Origin: Pecten maximus
Taxonomy: Eukaryota
Length of the DNA: 64,000 nt
Assembly (NCBI RefSeq): GCF_902652985.1
Contig: NC_047015.1
Location: forward strand, 40,672,001 to 40,736,000
Direction of reading: 5' to 3'
Shown: positions 39,431-54,015 of the stretch, piece after piece
Numbering within the stretch: the first letter of the stretch is position 1
Layout of the letters: every line of letters begins with the position of its first letter
Position numbers and translations under genes: made by a program
The notes under the pieces: model-generated
What the model was told of the DNA's origin: nothing
The model's input: only the letters and a program-made list of their open reading frames with translations
Databases searched by the model: none

Positions 39431-40046
39431 TCACGGCCATCCAAAATCGATGTTGGTCATTTGGTAAAATTTCTTGTTGAAGGGTCTATAAAAGTCTTGT
39501 AATCGCCTGATCACGTTCGGATCAACCCGCGGATGTTTTCGTCCTTTAGTTCCAACCAGACAATGTGGATATTTACTTCCGGTCTTTTGTATACACGGAA
39601 ACCCTCGGGTGTCATTCATGTAAAAATGACTATCATTAATGTATCTCCTCAATCCAAGAAAGTCTTGAAGTTTGAACATTTCTTCACTCGGACGCTTCAC
39701 CATGTTCTCTCCATTCACAAAATGAAACTGTTCCAGTGGAAAATAACGTAGCCATTCTTCTAAATGTTTTGCATAGATACCGATTTTGATGACGGGCCAT
39801 GACGTATCAACAAGACCCGTGTGATTGTCTGACAATGCCATTTGTTCAAATGGTTTCATGGAAGCACGTTTACTGGCAACCTGTGTGTAGTCTGAAATGG
39901 CTCGGGTCACGGGATCTCTTACAATCAGAACGAGTTTAACGTCACGTGACATATTGAAGACTCTTCCGGGGACTTCCTTCGTCACAAAGTATCGAGGTGT
40001 CTTTTCAATTGTCATTTGCTCGCCGTTCGTCTCGGGCATCAGATCC
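39431..40046 (-). CDS. HS3ST: Heparan sulfate glucosamine 3-O-sulfotransferase, terminal coding exon (HS3ST2/3/4/6 or Hs3st-B type); 5' exon not found in window
   Basis: Translation (R)DLMPETNGEQMTIEKTPRYFVT...KLVLIVRDPVTRAISDYTQ...VDTSW...GIYAKHLEEW...FHFVNGE...GFPC...HCL...KGRKHP...FYRPFNKKFYQMTNIDFGWP* matches HS3ST motifs: EKTP, the 3'-phosphate-binding RDPVTRAIS, the C-terminal Cys pair and KGRxHP. A pyrimidine-rich acceptor ttttcatcatatttttcag|G GAT CTG ATG at 40048-40047 implies a phase-2 intron at the WY-R/DLMP position used by two-exon HS3ST genes. The ORF-track Met is internal. Confidence 0.96.
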
Positions 40047-43000
40047 CTGAAAAATATGATGAAAATAAAATCTTAAGGATATTTACTTTTAAACCGAAAA
40101 AGCAGTATTATACTTAATGCTGTTTTTATTTTCATGCATGAAAATATCGTATACAAATGTATTATGTTGGTCGGGTAGAGTGATAGAATGAAGTGAAGCT
40201 CTGATGAAGACGCAATGCGCCATCCTCTTTTGTGTTTATTTTAAGAACAGGACACCGACTTGTTGATACCGAGACATCATGATCGATGTATCGTCCGTTG
40301 AGTCCTGATACCTTACGTGGTAAATTGGCACGGGAGGATATCATGGCATCCTGTTTAGCTGGTGGAATGTTTCAACTTCAATTTTATGTTTCAACAAAAC
40401 TGATGGAAAGGAAACGATACTAACTTGAAAAAGAGAAGATTCAAGTGAAGCGAACACTCGAGAATGATGAATTGTGACAGTACCAGTAAAATTGAAACAA
40501 TTTCCCCGGAAAGAAAATGTATTATTTCTTAAACAAATTGTTCAAATACCAATAAAATCCTTATCTAAATCAGCGGGTGAGGAACAAGTATTGGAGACTG
40601 GACTGTGCTTTGGAAATTGAAAAAGCATGGTTGTCTCCTTGGAATTTAGACATAGAAAACGTGGATGTTAAACGATAATAAAAATCAGTTCAATATTGCA
40701 TATTCGATTCTGAGGTGTTCGGTTCAATGTAAAAATATGTTAAAGAGATCTTTATCATGCGCTGTAAAAATGCAATCTGAGGTTATGATGATAACGCCTG
40801 AACCAGGTCCAGGTTAACTTCTGTGATAAACCCAGTACTCCCAAGTAGGATCCAACAATACTACCAACACTTGGTTGTTATGCACAATTTAAAAGGGATA
40901 CGGTTGTAATGAAACGATAAACAAAGGTTTGTTGTACTACCTGTCTTGGATCATTGGACCTCCTATAAAATGTTTTCCAGTCAGATGAAATTTGAAAAGA
41001 AGATATTGGAATTGATTATTAGAATCAGGCCATCAACTTGTTGGGTTCTTTTAGTGTGACCTGTTCGTTCAGTGTCATATCAAGTACATGTGCACTCAGC
41101 TTTTAGGGCCAATACATTATTTGTAGCCATTCAGGACCAGAGTCAAGACTTGTAGCAGTGCTAGAATATGCAAATTCATTTTATTTTTGCAAGTGGGCGA
41201 TAGTAAGCAAATACATACAATTCTGACCATATATATCCAGCACTGATTATTTGAATGATCGAATGACACCCGGGTGGTCTGCCGAGGTAGCATCTATGTT
41301 GAAAGGTTAACGATTACTCACAACTTGCTCAATACATTACCAAGGATATCTTATCGCTGTCACGTCTATGGTTTTAGACTAGTTTGAAAACACAGGATAC
41401 ATTGATGAACAGGGAAATGTTGTAAGATAGATGTTAGGAAAAAACAAGACCAAGAACACAACCGAAATTAACCTGAATCAATACATTAGTTAAATTGTAG
41501 AACAGCCGAACTAAACACCCTGACTGAATTTAGAAATGGTGGATTATAACACAACAGTCGGATCTACGGCGATGACACAATTGCAGGATTAAATAATAGC
41601 GTTACTAACCCACTAGGACCAATTCACACTGTCCGATTTTGGACTTGTCCAACTATAAGATTATACATGGTATAATAGGCGGATCTATAGAGCGCTGACT
41701 GGTTTCCAGAATTATTTGGCTGAGATCACTAGAACAGCCCTATCCGAGACACTAGAATCATTGAATTAAAATGCCATATGATAAGTAGATACTAACTATA
41801 TTAGTTGTCTAAGGGACCGATTGGGTTATAAGGTTCGTAATAAAACTAGCTTACGTTCTATAGCAGAAAAGCCGGGTGCAAACCCTGACAGCATAACAGT
41901 AGCGATGACCATTGCCCTTTTTATTCGTAATTTATCACGGACATGAAACATTAGCTGCTAAGGAGAATACGAGAAGAGAAGTTGACAAATATGTTTACAC
42001 TTAAAAGTTGCACTTTTGAATTCGTATTGTAAAAAAACAAATGTCACGATAGCATGCGCAGTTCTATTAGAGTTAGAACCAGTGATTGACACTCCAGAAA
42101 TATCAGCTGGTTTTTTGGGTGTTTTTTTTTTGTGTGTGACATTTATCAAGTCGTATCTGAAGTCTCTTTTGATCTGCTGAGAGTGGGGATAACATTTTAA
42201 TATTACACGTCAATATGAAGCATACAATTCCATTAAATAATCGGCATCAGGGTATTATCAAAGCCGCCGGGGAATCTCTTTTATGGCCGTAATTTTGAAA
42301 AATAAATCAATATAAATGTTGTAATAGGTTTTAAGTTTTATGCGTTTTCAGCCTGACTGGTAAATATTTGATAAACTGTCTACTTTTAAGTAGTTTTGTG
42401 TTTTATTACCAAATATAAAATTCTATTCTTATTTGTAACATTTGTTTATAGTGTCTGAAACGGAAATAAGCGATAATCTCGCGTGGAATTTATGGCATCT
42501 CGTGACAATGTCATAAGCAGGTTATATAGATTTGTTCCCCACTGGTACCTCACATTTCGTTTCCACCACTAAGTACAAATACTTATGTTTCCTTGGGGGT
42601 TATTTCACGTTATGACGCTAAATATGATACATTTGCATCGACTTGAATAATTTTGCTACAGGTTTTCGTTATAACAAACATCATGCATGAAAGGTTATTT
42701 TCACTTTTTGCACTATATTTGAATACAAAACGGAAGCCTTCAGCTCAAAACCATTACCACATGCCGAACTATTACAATATACGAATACACCATTTATAGA
42801 GTGAGCATGTCATAGAAGACAATGGGACGGCTTACCGACAAATGCATCCAGATCAAATTTTCGATAATTGCGAATGTCGTTTAGGGGCTTTGGCAAGTCT
42901 ATGTCCTATAATCACCGTAGGTCGACGTGACTTTATCATCTAACGGCATACTGTCAGGAAACAACCCAATGTTTTGCTCGGTGGTGGAGATTTAAATCAC

Positions 43001-44799
43001 GTCAGGTTGAATTTGATTTATCATCGACTCGGAGACATGAGCATTTATTCAAAATCAAATTAGGACTTTATTCTGGTGTAGATTTGTCTTAATCTGCTGA
43101 CAGCTTGAGTGATTGGGTCGGTGCAGTAATCGTTGACATTGATCGCTACCCTATTCTCCCCAGTTTGTACATTAACCATCGATTTTTTTCTCTAATTCTC
43201 CTTCACAGTAAAGCATTCATTCATAAAAAACCTTAACACACAATCAAGGTACGAAATCAGAATGCCATATTTGATATGCTTCATCAGCGAATACAGTTTC
43301 ATGGAGCGCACGTGCCTCGTAATAAAAAAAATAAAACAAAAACGGTGTACTCAATTATCTTATGAGCATGAATTGATAAAGTCATTAACACATCAAAAGA
43401 AGTAGTCTTTAATACCATGTATCGGGTTGCCAGCTTTAGCGTTATAGTTTCCATGGTAGTAGTAGTGTCGGTAGACAAATTGACGGAGTGATCTACAGTA
43501 CACCGTCATGTGATGAATCACGTGATTTATTACTGAGGGTCGACGGATCTAACAGGCAACAACCACTGGTATAGGGCAGGAGAACTCGCCCAAGACAGAG
43601 TAACGCTGGAACAGTCATTTTATGATAGGGCAAATCTTAACATGTACTTTATAAAAGTGATGCATTGTATAGATACACTATTGTTCAGATTGACAACGTG
43701 CAGTACCTTAATTCTGGTTATTCTACATAAAATAAGGATTACCTGAATGTCCCTGATTAAACCGATTGATTACAAACGCTCTATTAAGTTTGCTAAATAT
43801 GTTTAAATCGCAAAAATCGAAATCTTGAAGTTAACAGAAGTACGGTCTTGTTCATAATTAACGGTTTGTTAAATCTTAGAATATGAGTCGACAAACCAAA
43901 CAGAACAATACAATTGTTGATTTATAAGTATACTACCGTTGTCCTGTTGAATATTACAGGACTCGGTATGTTTAAATCCACTGATGAGCCTCTCGGTTGA
44001 TTTGCCACATCGTATACAATCCAAATTTTCATGTTTTTTTTTCAAATATTGTTTCCGATATATCGCGAGATTTTATCATCGAACTGATCCGGCAGCGTGA
44101 TGTTTACTTTCTTCCATCTAACTCCTTATAAGTCTTCGTCATAATATGACACCTCCGCCTTTTGTATCAAAACTAACCTAGACAATTTTGTGTAATAATG
44201 GTATTTCTGACATAAGGATATACGGATATACAAGAATAATGCTATAGATTCCAATGTTTATTACGAAACATTATATCATTTGTGGGCTGTAAACTTTCAG
44301 AATTTCCCAAAACATTGCCATTATCAGCATTTCTGATATGGAATAATGATCCTACTGCTAGTATGGATATCCTAAAACAATAACAAGTTGATATATATAT
44401 ATATATATAGGTTTATCACACCTTTATCTTAAAATCAGGTAAGCGAAACCTTTATAACAAATGGATATCGTGAAAATGATGGTAAAATTTAAACAATGGA
44501 TATACCTGCTAAGAGACCGTTGTTTAGTGCAAAGCGAATAAGATTAAGTTTCATCATGTCATCCTCCATGTAAATCTGGATTTGATTCAAGTCATGCAAC
44601 GTCCTCAATGTGACAACCGGGGCAGTGCCAGAAGAATAAGTTTTCCAGACATTAAATTAATCAATGAAAATATGTTATATATTTCGTCACTTTATGGTGA
44701 ATTCATCAACTATGTCCCTCTCTTGATAGCATATGAGGCTAACTTCATCAAAGGACTAATCAGAACAGGAAATGAAGACTTTGCCAATTCGTTCAATGT

Positions 44800-45060
44800 T
44801 ACCTTTAGGTAGGTACACTAAATAAAATATCTTTAGGTATACTAAATAAAATACCTTTAGGTATACTAAATAAAGTACCTTTAGGTATACTAAATAAAAT
44901 ACCTTTAGATATACTAAATAAAATACCTTTAGATATACTAAATAAAATGCCTGTATGTACCTTTGGGTATACTAAATAAAATACCTTTAGGTATACTAAA
45001 TAAAATACCTTTAGGTTTACTAAATAAAGTACCTTTAGGTACACTAAATAAAATACCTTT
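44800..45060. repeat. 24-bp minisatellite
   Basis: Unit ACTAAATAAAATACCTTTAGGTAT. Confidence 0.95.
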
Positions 45061-47897
45061 CCATATCACCGCTTTACTCGATCTTTACTTTGAAGATTAA
45101 ACGCTATCCCACAAAGACATTTTACAACTAACAGGATGATTCCAATTTCACAATTGTTAATTTTTTATATCTAGATGGTAACATCCATGCTTTCCTAACA
45201 AAAGATATTCCCATATCACTTTTTCGGCTTAGATGTCGAATGATGAAAAAAATGACACTAAAGTATGGAGGATGATTAAGACAAGTTTTAGTGAAGAGTC
45301 GTATTGATATTGTTCGATAATTATGAAGTTAGACGTATTATATGGTGAACGACACTCCTATCTTTAATTTTAGAACATGCCTGGATTTGACCTAGATTTA
45401 CATGGTTAGAAGGTTCTGGAAGACATTGTCTTATTCTCATTGTGTTTTTAGTAGTGCTATAGTCTTTTTATCAATACTGATATTCAAATTGATTTATTTT
45501 GTTAGTATTAACATTAATATGGATCTAATTTTTCATTTTCAAAGTTTTAATTTGTAATATGTAGGGTTTCCTTTCGGGAATTGGTTAAGATAGCATGCAG
45601 TTTTAGAACTTTTAGAGCCAGTAACGTATCACTTTGATTGAAAAACGTATTTGCCGCCTACATCCTTAACTAGCCGTGATCTATCAGCGGAACAAATTTT
45701 ATAGGGCGTGTTTCGGAAAGACAAGACTGCCTGTGGCCATTCATTCCTACACTGTTAAAATCATGGTCTGTTAATGTGATAATGCTACATGTACTAGCAA
45801 ACATTACATCCCCAAAAGTGCTTAATTAAGGACGCCATAAAAGTCGAGGATATTCTCGGAAAGGATGAGTCTACATTCTTCATCCCACCAGTGATTACAA
45901 CCCTAATTTGGTCACGAGACTCCGCGACCTGTGATGTTTCATTGAGACGGACACTTTCCCCGCTAATAGGGTGTTGCTGATGATGCACGAGATACAGACA
46001 GCTGCGTTATCCGCATTGTCAGGAACATTGTCATCGTCGGCAAGTACAACTTCCTCAAACGGGTTTATCCAATCATCTTAAGATTTTCCAAGAGTTTTTA
46101 GAATGTCTTTCCTAATTACATGTTGAATTACTGGTGTTGGAGGACTAAGCTTCGTTAGTTAACAGAGAAAGATCTACAGCAGACAAATTATTTACGTTGG
46201 TGGATCTGAGGTTTGGTTTAATGAGGTAAACGACAGAGTTGTTTTATGATTCACACACCGGTGTCTTTGTTTCACTGCAATAAAAGTGTACTAGTGTGAC
46301 CCGGCATCTCATAAAGCTTCAACGCAACATCAAATGGTGACATCACGCTTCCAAGAATTTCCTTTAAGAATATCTTATAAGATTACTCGAAAACAGATGA
46401 TGATTTTCTGGAAAACGATTAAGTTACAGATTGCAAGCAATGACGAGCATTCTGCAGCACCACGATACATCCTGAACATTTTCGAATACTCCTAATTCTG
46501 TACATTTTATGTGTTTTTGCTTTATTCTAATGGAAAATAAATTGAAAATTTCCGTTCCTTTATATAAAACAAACATTGCTTGTCATTAGTTTTCTTTCTT
46601 TCACGCTCTCGAGTTGTCTGCAGTTTTATAGAATATTATAATATTAATGTTTGATTTCAACGAACACCAAAATGAAATTACCATTGGTGAAAGCTTAATT
46701 ACGTCATGTAGTTTAATGACTCAGAAGAATTTAATTTAAATGCTATGATAAAAGTTAAATTATTAAAATTAATGAAATGTGGTTTTGTTGATAATTATAA
46801 AAGAACGGTATCAAGTATCTATAATAAAATACAAACGATAGTTACGGTTGTAGAATTTCCATGATTAAAAGTGCTTAACGAATCCATATTTTGGTTTACA
46901 TTTGCTTTTGAAAGTTCAATGAACTTTAGCATATTTTCAGAATAAAACATTAGACTGTAGAGAACGAAAGAAAAACAATTGCACTAAAACAACTTGAACA
47001 AACTATCGAACCATGCTTTAATGGTGATTCTGAAACAGTATCACAATCAATACATTTCGCAATGCTTCTAACCCTTTTTTATTTCAGTGTTTTTTTTAGG
47101 TCATAAACAACACTTTCAAAGACCGAGGGTCGGCAGAGAATCCGGTCATTACTAGAAATGCCAACACAACAACAACGCAATGTTTGGTAACCACGGGTTC
47201 ATAAATGGTACACAATAGACATTTGAATTTGCAAGGAAATGTCACCATGCTTATCGTAGGAACAAACACGGGCAAATTTCCGGATCAGGCTTTATTTATT
47301 AGAAGCACCTAACTGAGAATAAGAGTCATGGAATTTCTCGCTATTTCCCTCGATATCAAAGACCTGATTTAAACGATTCACGATCCTCGCTTCCAAACAT
47401 TGCCCATTACCATGTGTTGCATAACATAGTTTCAAAGATTACGTGTGTGATGCTAATAAACAAGTAACCGTGATTGGAGCATCTCGTTCGCTGCACTCTG
47501 TGTAGGATTAAACCCTGAGATGAAACGTCAGGGTTTTAAAGGATAATTACCGGTTTTATGAGAAACCTTAGGGCTATTTTTATTCTTTCTGGTAATAAAT
47601 AATGGACGTGATCCAATAACAACAGTTTGCAAACATTGCATGAGCATTTTGATACTTTGAGCAATGAAAGTCATTAGAATCTCGATATCTTATAGCACAT
47701 GATTTCAAATAACCTTTCATATACAATATTTGTACGATCACTTTTATAATTTATGCATGTACAAAGATGTACATATAAATGTTTATAGTTATTAGATATA
47801 TGACTTAGGTTTGATAAACTCGGTATGCCGAATTTAGATATTAGTTGTCATACAGTGTCTAAATCAGGCTGGTGGAAAATATTGATTCCGACAGGCA

Positions 47898-48455
47898 TCC
47901 TTACTGATTAGATATATTCTGTCCTCTTACTAACTAAACATCTCTGTCTTCTCAACAACTCAACAAACTCTATCTCCTTACTGACTCAATAGATTCTCCT
48001 GTTAATGACTAAACATCTCTGTCTTCTCAATAACTCAACAAACTCTATCTCCTTACTAACTCAATAGATTCTCCTGTTAATGACTAAACATCTCTGTTTT
48101 CTTAATAACTCAATAAAATATATCTCCTTACTGACTCAATAGAAACATCTGTCTTCTCAATAACTCAACAAAATCTATCTCCTTACTGACTCAATATATT
48201 CTCTTCTTACTGACTAAACAGACGCTGTCTTCTCAGTGACTCAACAAAGCTATCTCCTTATTGGTCAATCGAATCTCTTCTCCCTCACTAAACATACATC
48301 GTCTTCCCAATAACAAACTCTGTTTACTTGCTGACTAAATAGACCCTCTACACACTGTCATCTCAATATATATCAACAAACTATATCGCCTTACTGACTC
48401 AATAGATCCTCTACATACTGAGTAAATAGACACTGTCTTCTTAACGACTTACTGA
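47898..48455. repeat. ~75-bp degenerate tandem repeat
   Basis: ACTAAACATCTCTGT at 47933, 48008 and 48083, decaying rightwards. Confidence 0.85.
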
Positions 48456-51400
48456 ATTAATCAACAGAGGTTTGAATCTCAGCTTATTACTGAGTCATCT
48501 CAACGAGTTTTTACTCTTTTCCTTAGATGAATAATACATCAAAATTTTAATAATACGTATAATGAGATGGTGAATTGATAGATATAACATTACACTCAAC
48601 GCGATCTTTTGAACTATATTTGTATGAATTATGGGTATAGGGCGCCACTTGTATTCTGTTAATCGATATCGAAAGTGTTAGGTAATTGTCACCGAGCCTA
48701 GAAATGGAAAGTTGTTCCATTGATACATGCTATAGACATGTTACATGTGGCTGATAGTATCAATATACACCACCTGCCACAACAGGTACGTATTGAAAAT
48801 CTGCACACCTTTGAATGAATGTCGTCATGCTAACTTGCTGAATACAACACCACATGCATATTCCATTTAATACTATAAAAAGTGTCAATACTACGTTAAA
48901 CTAAACTCACAGCACGTTCAACTTCGTATGGCAAAAATTCATCATTTAATGGGAAAAGCATCTAAAATAATTATTGTTCATTATATATGTTAATATTATT
49001 TTCCGAATGGCAATGATCCTTATAGGGAAGTTCCATATTTCATTAGGTGACACCAATACAAATAAGTATAAAATAAGGAATTTTATGTTTCAAGCTTGCA
49101 ATGCGTGCCGTGGCCTTGTAGTTGAGTGTGCTATCGGGCGATTGGTTAGGTCGCCTATCCACGCGCGGGCTTATTAAGGGGCAGGGTAAGTTCATTAGAT
49201 ACACATAAATTGTACGGCTTGGCGGTTAAAAAGGACAGAATCATATACTCGAGAACGAATATTACTTAATGCTAGGTTAAGCGTACCTGATGTTTATATA
49301 CAGATCTTTTAACAACACTGTGTAAGAATATATTGGAACGGTAATGGAGTCGGCAGTAGAAACTAGCGATAATGGGTGAAAGGGTTTGCACACAGGGAAG
49401 GAAATGTGAAAAAATGATTTATATATGTAGATCAATACCAAATCAATGACGTAGACACATTGTGAATCATTCAACAGGATTTGGTAAACATGATTTTCGG
49501 AGATGTTTATGGACCGGTATTTACTTATCCAATCTTTTCTTTCTGGATTTGGTGATGATGAATACGATTGGCAAATGTCATTTTGTATACGACAGCATGA
49601 AACAGGTTTTCTTTGCGTCTTAAACCATTCATTTGTTGCACGAATCGTAAAATCAATGCAGAATGGTTTAATGGCATCAATTAAAAGAAGTAATAAAGCA
49701 GTTGTCTTTTGACACCAGTTTAATTAATGGTATCCCACCTTGACATATTTTAAATCGGGGTCAAGTAACGCTTTGGATTTTTCAATAAAATGGATAAACA
49801 TACTGCTATTAAATGAGATTAAACAACAATCCTCTGAGAAAAAACGAATAAAATAACATGCCGTTAACACGCGCGAATAAACAGCCAAGGTCATGGTTAC
49901 AGGTTTTCTGACACTACCAAATATGGTCGAGGCGTGTGTTTTCCTTGGGGCTTCCGGTACCAACCAGACAGACGAGGCCTTGCTTCATTTCACGCCAGAT
50001 ATGAGTGGTACGACCCACAACATATGTCAGCAGAAAATTCAATTAATTCCTTTTCATATGTCTGCGATGGCGGCTCCAAATATTTGCTTCCTTTTACCGG
50101 AAGCCAGGATGGAAGGGAAAATAATTCAATTTTTCCATCATCTTCGATATTCCGCAACCTTGAATGAAGATTTCTCACTTTTTTATACGGAGCATACGAC
50201 AAGTTCTTTTTATCCCCTAAATAACCACTATAGCGGTATGATTCAGTTTCGTCGAAAATGGACCAAGAAAAAGGTGCTCGAGGACATTTATGCAAATGGC
50301 GTCCACCATGCATGTTTTCCGGCGAAGGGAACATTTTCACAATACAAACTAAGATATTATGCGTATCACGTTTGTTTGAAAACTTCAAAAACATTCCTGA
50401 GAACAGAATTTGCATATGTCAATACTGGCAATATTGTTTTCTCAAGCGTTCCGATTGTTCAGTTACATTGTCTATCCAAATGTCGTCAATATTTGACAAA
50501 GCAGAAAAAGTCGGAGAATTTCATCTCTGGATGATAATATCAACGGTCTACATGCAAAATCGAAATTCAATGAAAACATTGAAAGTTGGAAGAAAATGTG
50601 AATGCCAGATCGCTTAATTAATCATGTTTGCAAACTCTCAACCCAAAACTTAAATTTATTTCTGAACAATTAATAAAAATCAAAAGCCCACAACATGAAA
50701 CGATTACACCAAGGTGATTACGAAATTGACACGTGACAAGAAGTATCAAATAAAAACGTAAATGTATTTGTTGACACTAATTGACAAATATCATTATACC
50801 TGTCAAGGAAAGCAACTATTCGCATTTAATTTATAATAATTCAGGGCTAAATGTCACTGCATGTGGCATAACACTCCAGTGAACGAAATGCCAATGCAGG
50901 ATGGTAACCAAAACGACACATCGAAGCTTGGTGTGTTTTATTTTTATAGCACACTTCAACCTAAATCTGTCAGAAACAAAAAAAAAATAATGACAATGTG
51001 AAACTGGAAAAAAACACCCAAGATGCAACACAACAGAGGATGTACTTCTGTAATAACTGAATATTGACGGTTTTAATTTGAGGTTTAATAACCTCCAGTA
51101 GCTTAGAGATTAGAGGACTGAACACAACCTTTGTTTAATGGTTGCATGGAAGAAGCGAGACCTCGCATCATATCCGACATAATCCTGCTTCACGTAGTGT
51201 TTGAAGGAAAAGAGTTTACGATTCAGAATCTAGTGTAATTCATAGAAAGGTCAGAGAAAGCAGGATGACACGAATCAGAAACGATACTGTTCTTTAGTAA
51301 ATTTATGAGGTAAGGGAAGGCAAGACCAAATTAATAAGAAACGATATTCTTCTATAGTGGAAAGATAAAAAGCACAACTGTCGACTGAAAACGTTTCCTC

Positions 51401-52210
51401 GATTACTTACACGATACTTCTGTTTGGTCAGAGAAGGCAAAAGCACACGAATCAGAAGCGATTCTTCCGTTCTGAGACTTTAAGTATTTAAAGAGAAGAA
51501 AACATATAAACCAGAAACGACATTTTTGTTTTGGGGAGTTTAAGAAGTAAGAGAAGACAAGGATTCACGAATAAGGCACGATAATCCTCTTGTGGGAGTT
51601 GAAGACAAGACAAGGTAATCCTCTTAAGAAGGTTAGACAAAGAGGGATTCCACGACTTAGCGATGATCCGCTGGCTTTGGAAGCAAGTACAGAGAGCCGA
51701 CGCATCACCAACGACACAGTGGCTTTGGAAGCAAGGTACAGAGGACAAACGTATCAGAAGCGATACTCTGTTTTCGTCCACTGTTAATAGACCTACACTA
51801 GGTACGGGATGTGTATAATGACCGGTGATGAGATCTACAACATTAAGATCGAGAATCAATGAAGTAAACCGTTCATGATGAAGTATTAGCGACTTATCGA
51901 TTGTTGACAAGATATAACGTACTGGCTAGGTCAATCCTGGTGTCCTCAAAGTAATCCTTCTTCTGCTTTAATTAGTTCTCTAGCCGCTATCTGGGCTAAC
52001 ACGGGATCAGGAAGCTAATCATACCTGCCGTGGTTTGTACACGTATCTGACCATATCCACTGAATCTGATGGATTTGAATAAATCGATCCTCTATTAATC
52101 TGAATTTACTATAACGCAGTTGGAGTTTTCGAAGATCTTGAAAGCGTTAAAAAGTACCATATGACGAAAACAGATTTATATGGTGACTTTCGACTTTAAG
52201 GAGGACAGGA

Positions 52211-52211
<1 letters not shown>

Positions 52212-52250
<39 letters not shown>
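52212..52250. repeat. poly(G) tract
   Basis: About 39 consecutive G. Confidence 0.9.
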
Positions 52251-52251
<1 letters not shown>

Positions 52252-53589
52252 AATTCCGGCAGGGTACACACCTTTTGCTTCATTGACGACACGTGTCATG
52301 CTAATGTAGGTTGAAATCAGGTGATGTCATGCTTTCAGGAAAGAACCATGGTTGCTACAAGGCTCAATTGAAAAAACAATAATAGACGTAAATTTTCATT
52401 ATCGTAATAATTAAGCTACGTAACACCTTATTACCATATTATTTGAAGTTGTATTCGATTTATTTTTTTATGATGTTTTATTCTAAATGTACTTCTATCA
52501 TACTGGAATCAAGCGGTTCACATGTCTTTAAATACATAATGTATTATTAAGAGGTCATTTAAAATATACTTATATATAGTAAATATATACTTTGTCTAGG
52601 TAAGTAATACCAAAATATGTTTTTATAGTTAAATATACCTCTGTAAAATGTCAAAATTTATCTCTTCCTCTTTGCCATATACCAGATCCATCAAACACTG
52701 TAATCAGTCTATATGTAATAGCCCCATCTCTTTATTGTATTGTTTGCGAGGGAAATTTACAACAAATCTACTTCAGTAGATGTAATTGTTACCGTAACGT
52801 TACACGCGATGTATGTGACAGTTTGAAGAGGGTGGATGGGCTAGTGTACAAACCAACAACCGCAGGCATTATTACATCAGAATAAAACATGTTGTATCCA
52901 CCAGGGCATTCACAATGAACAAATAGTTCGACTGTACTTTACAAAAAATAACTTATCAGTAAATTCGAATCCAATAATGCAGTTGCTTTCGATATCGTTA
53001 ATTTCAATATTACTGTACACATATTTTCTAAACTGTTTGAATTGAAGTCTAAGATTAATTGAAATTCGTGTATAACTATCAAATTGCTTCAAATAAACCT
53101 ATTTCTAGTATGTGTAGGGCGTAAATTATAATTACTCAATTTTATAATATAAATCATCAACCGTTATTTAGAATAAACATGAATATATAAACGGTCATTT
53201 GATTTTGACATACGTATACAAGGACGTCAACACTTCAACTTAACGCCATAATTTACATGTTGTGTAACATCCTCACAACAGCTAGGCTTTTTATCAGAAC
53301 AGTCACCAACGAGATAGCCAGAAAAGAAAAGAAATGGAAAAAAAAGTTCCTAACGGGTTGCAATGGGAGCTGCGGATCAATTTTCTTCCGTGTCCACATG
53401 AAGACGTGGACTAGAAGCCGTTATTTGCAGTCTTCTGATCAGCAGTGGGATTCGACAGGCTGAGTTTTTGGATTATCAAATATCATGGAGACATCGCAAA
53501 ACACCATATTCAAACACACTGGGAATAAAAGCAAAACTAAAAGTCCTTGACAGTAAAAAAAAACTAACAAACGAGACATAACATAACAA

Positions 53590-54015
53590 AACAACAAGAA
53601 AGATACCATAACGAAACAACAGGAAAGGAAAGACGCCATAATAAAATAACAAGAAAGGAAAGACACCACAACGAAACAACAGGAAAATAAAGACACCACA
53701 ACGAAACAACAGGAAAATAAAGACACCACAACTAAACAACAGGAAAATAAAGACACCACAACGAAACAACAGGAAAAGAAAGATACCACAACGAAACAAC
53801 AGGAAAAGAAAGACACCACAACGAAACAACAGTAAAAGAAAGACACCACAACGAAACAACAGGAAAAGAAAGACACCACAACGAAACAACAGGAAAATAA
53901 AGACACCACAACGAAACAACAGGAAAATAAAGACACCACAACGAAACAACAGGAACAGAAAGACACCACAACGAAACAACAGGAACAGAAAGACACCACA
54001 ACGAAACAACAGTAG
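53590..54015. repeat. 30-bp minisatellite
   Basis: Unit ACGAAACAACAGGAAAAGAAAGACACCACA. Confidence 0.95.

Noticed and set aside
43981-44000. CTGATGAGCC as a hammerhead
   Set aside because: No GAAA after the putative stem II.
47510-47537. Hairpin AAACCCTGA...TCAGGGTTT
   Set aside because: Isolated 9-bp inverted repeat with no ribozyme core or element structure.
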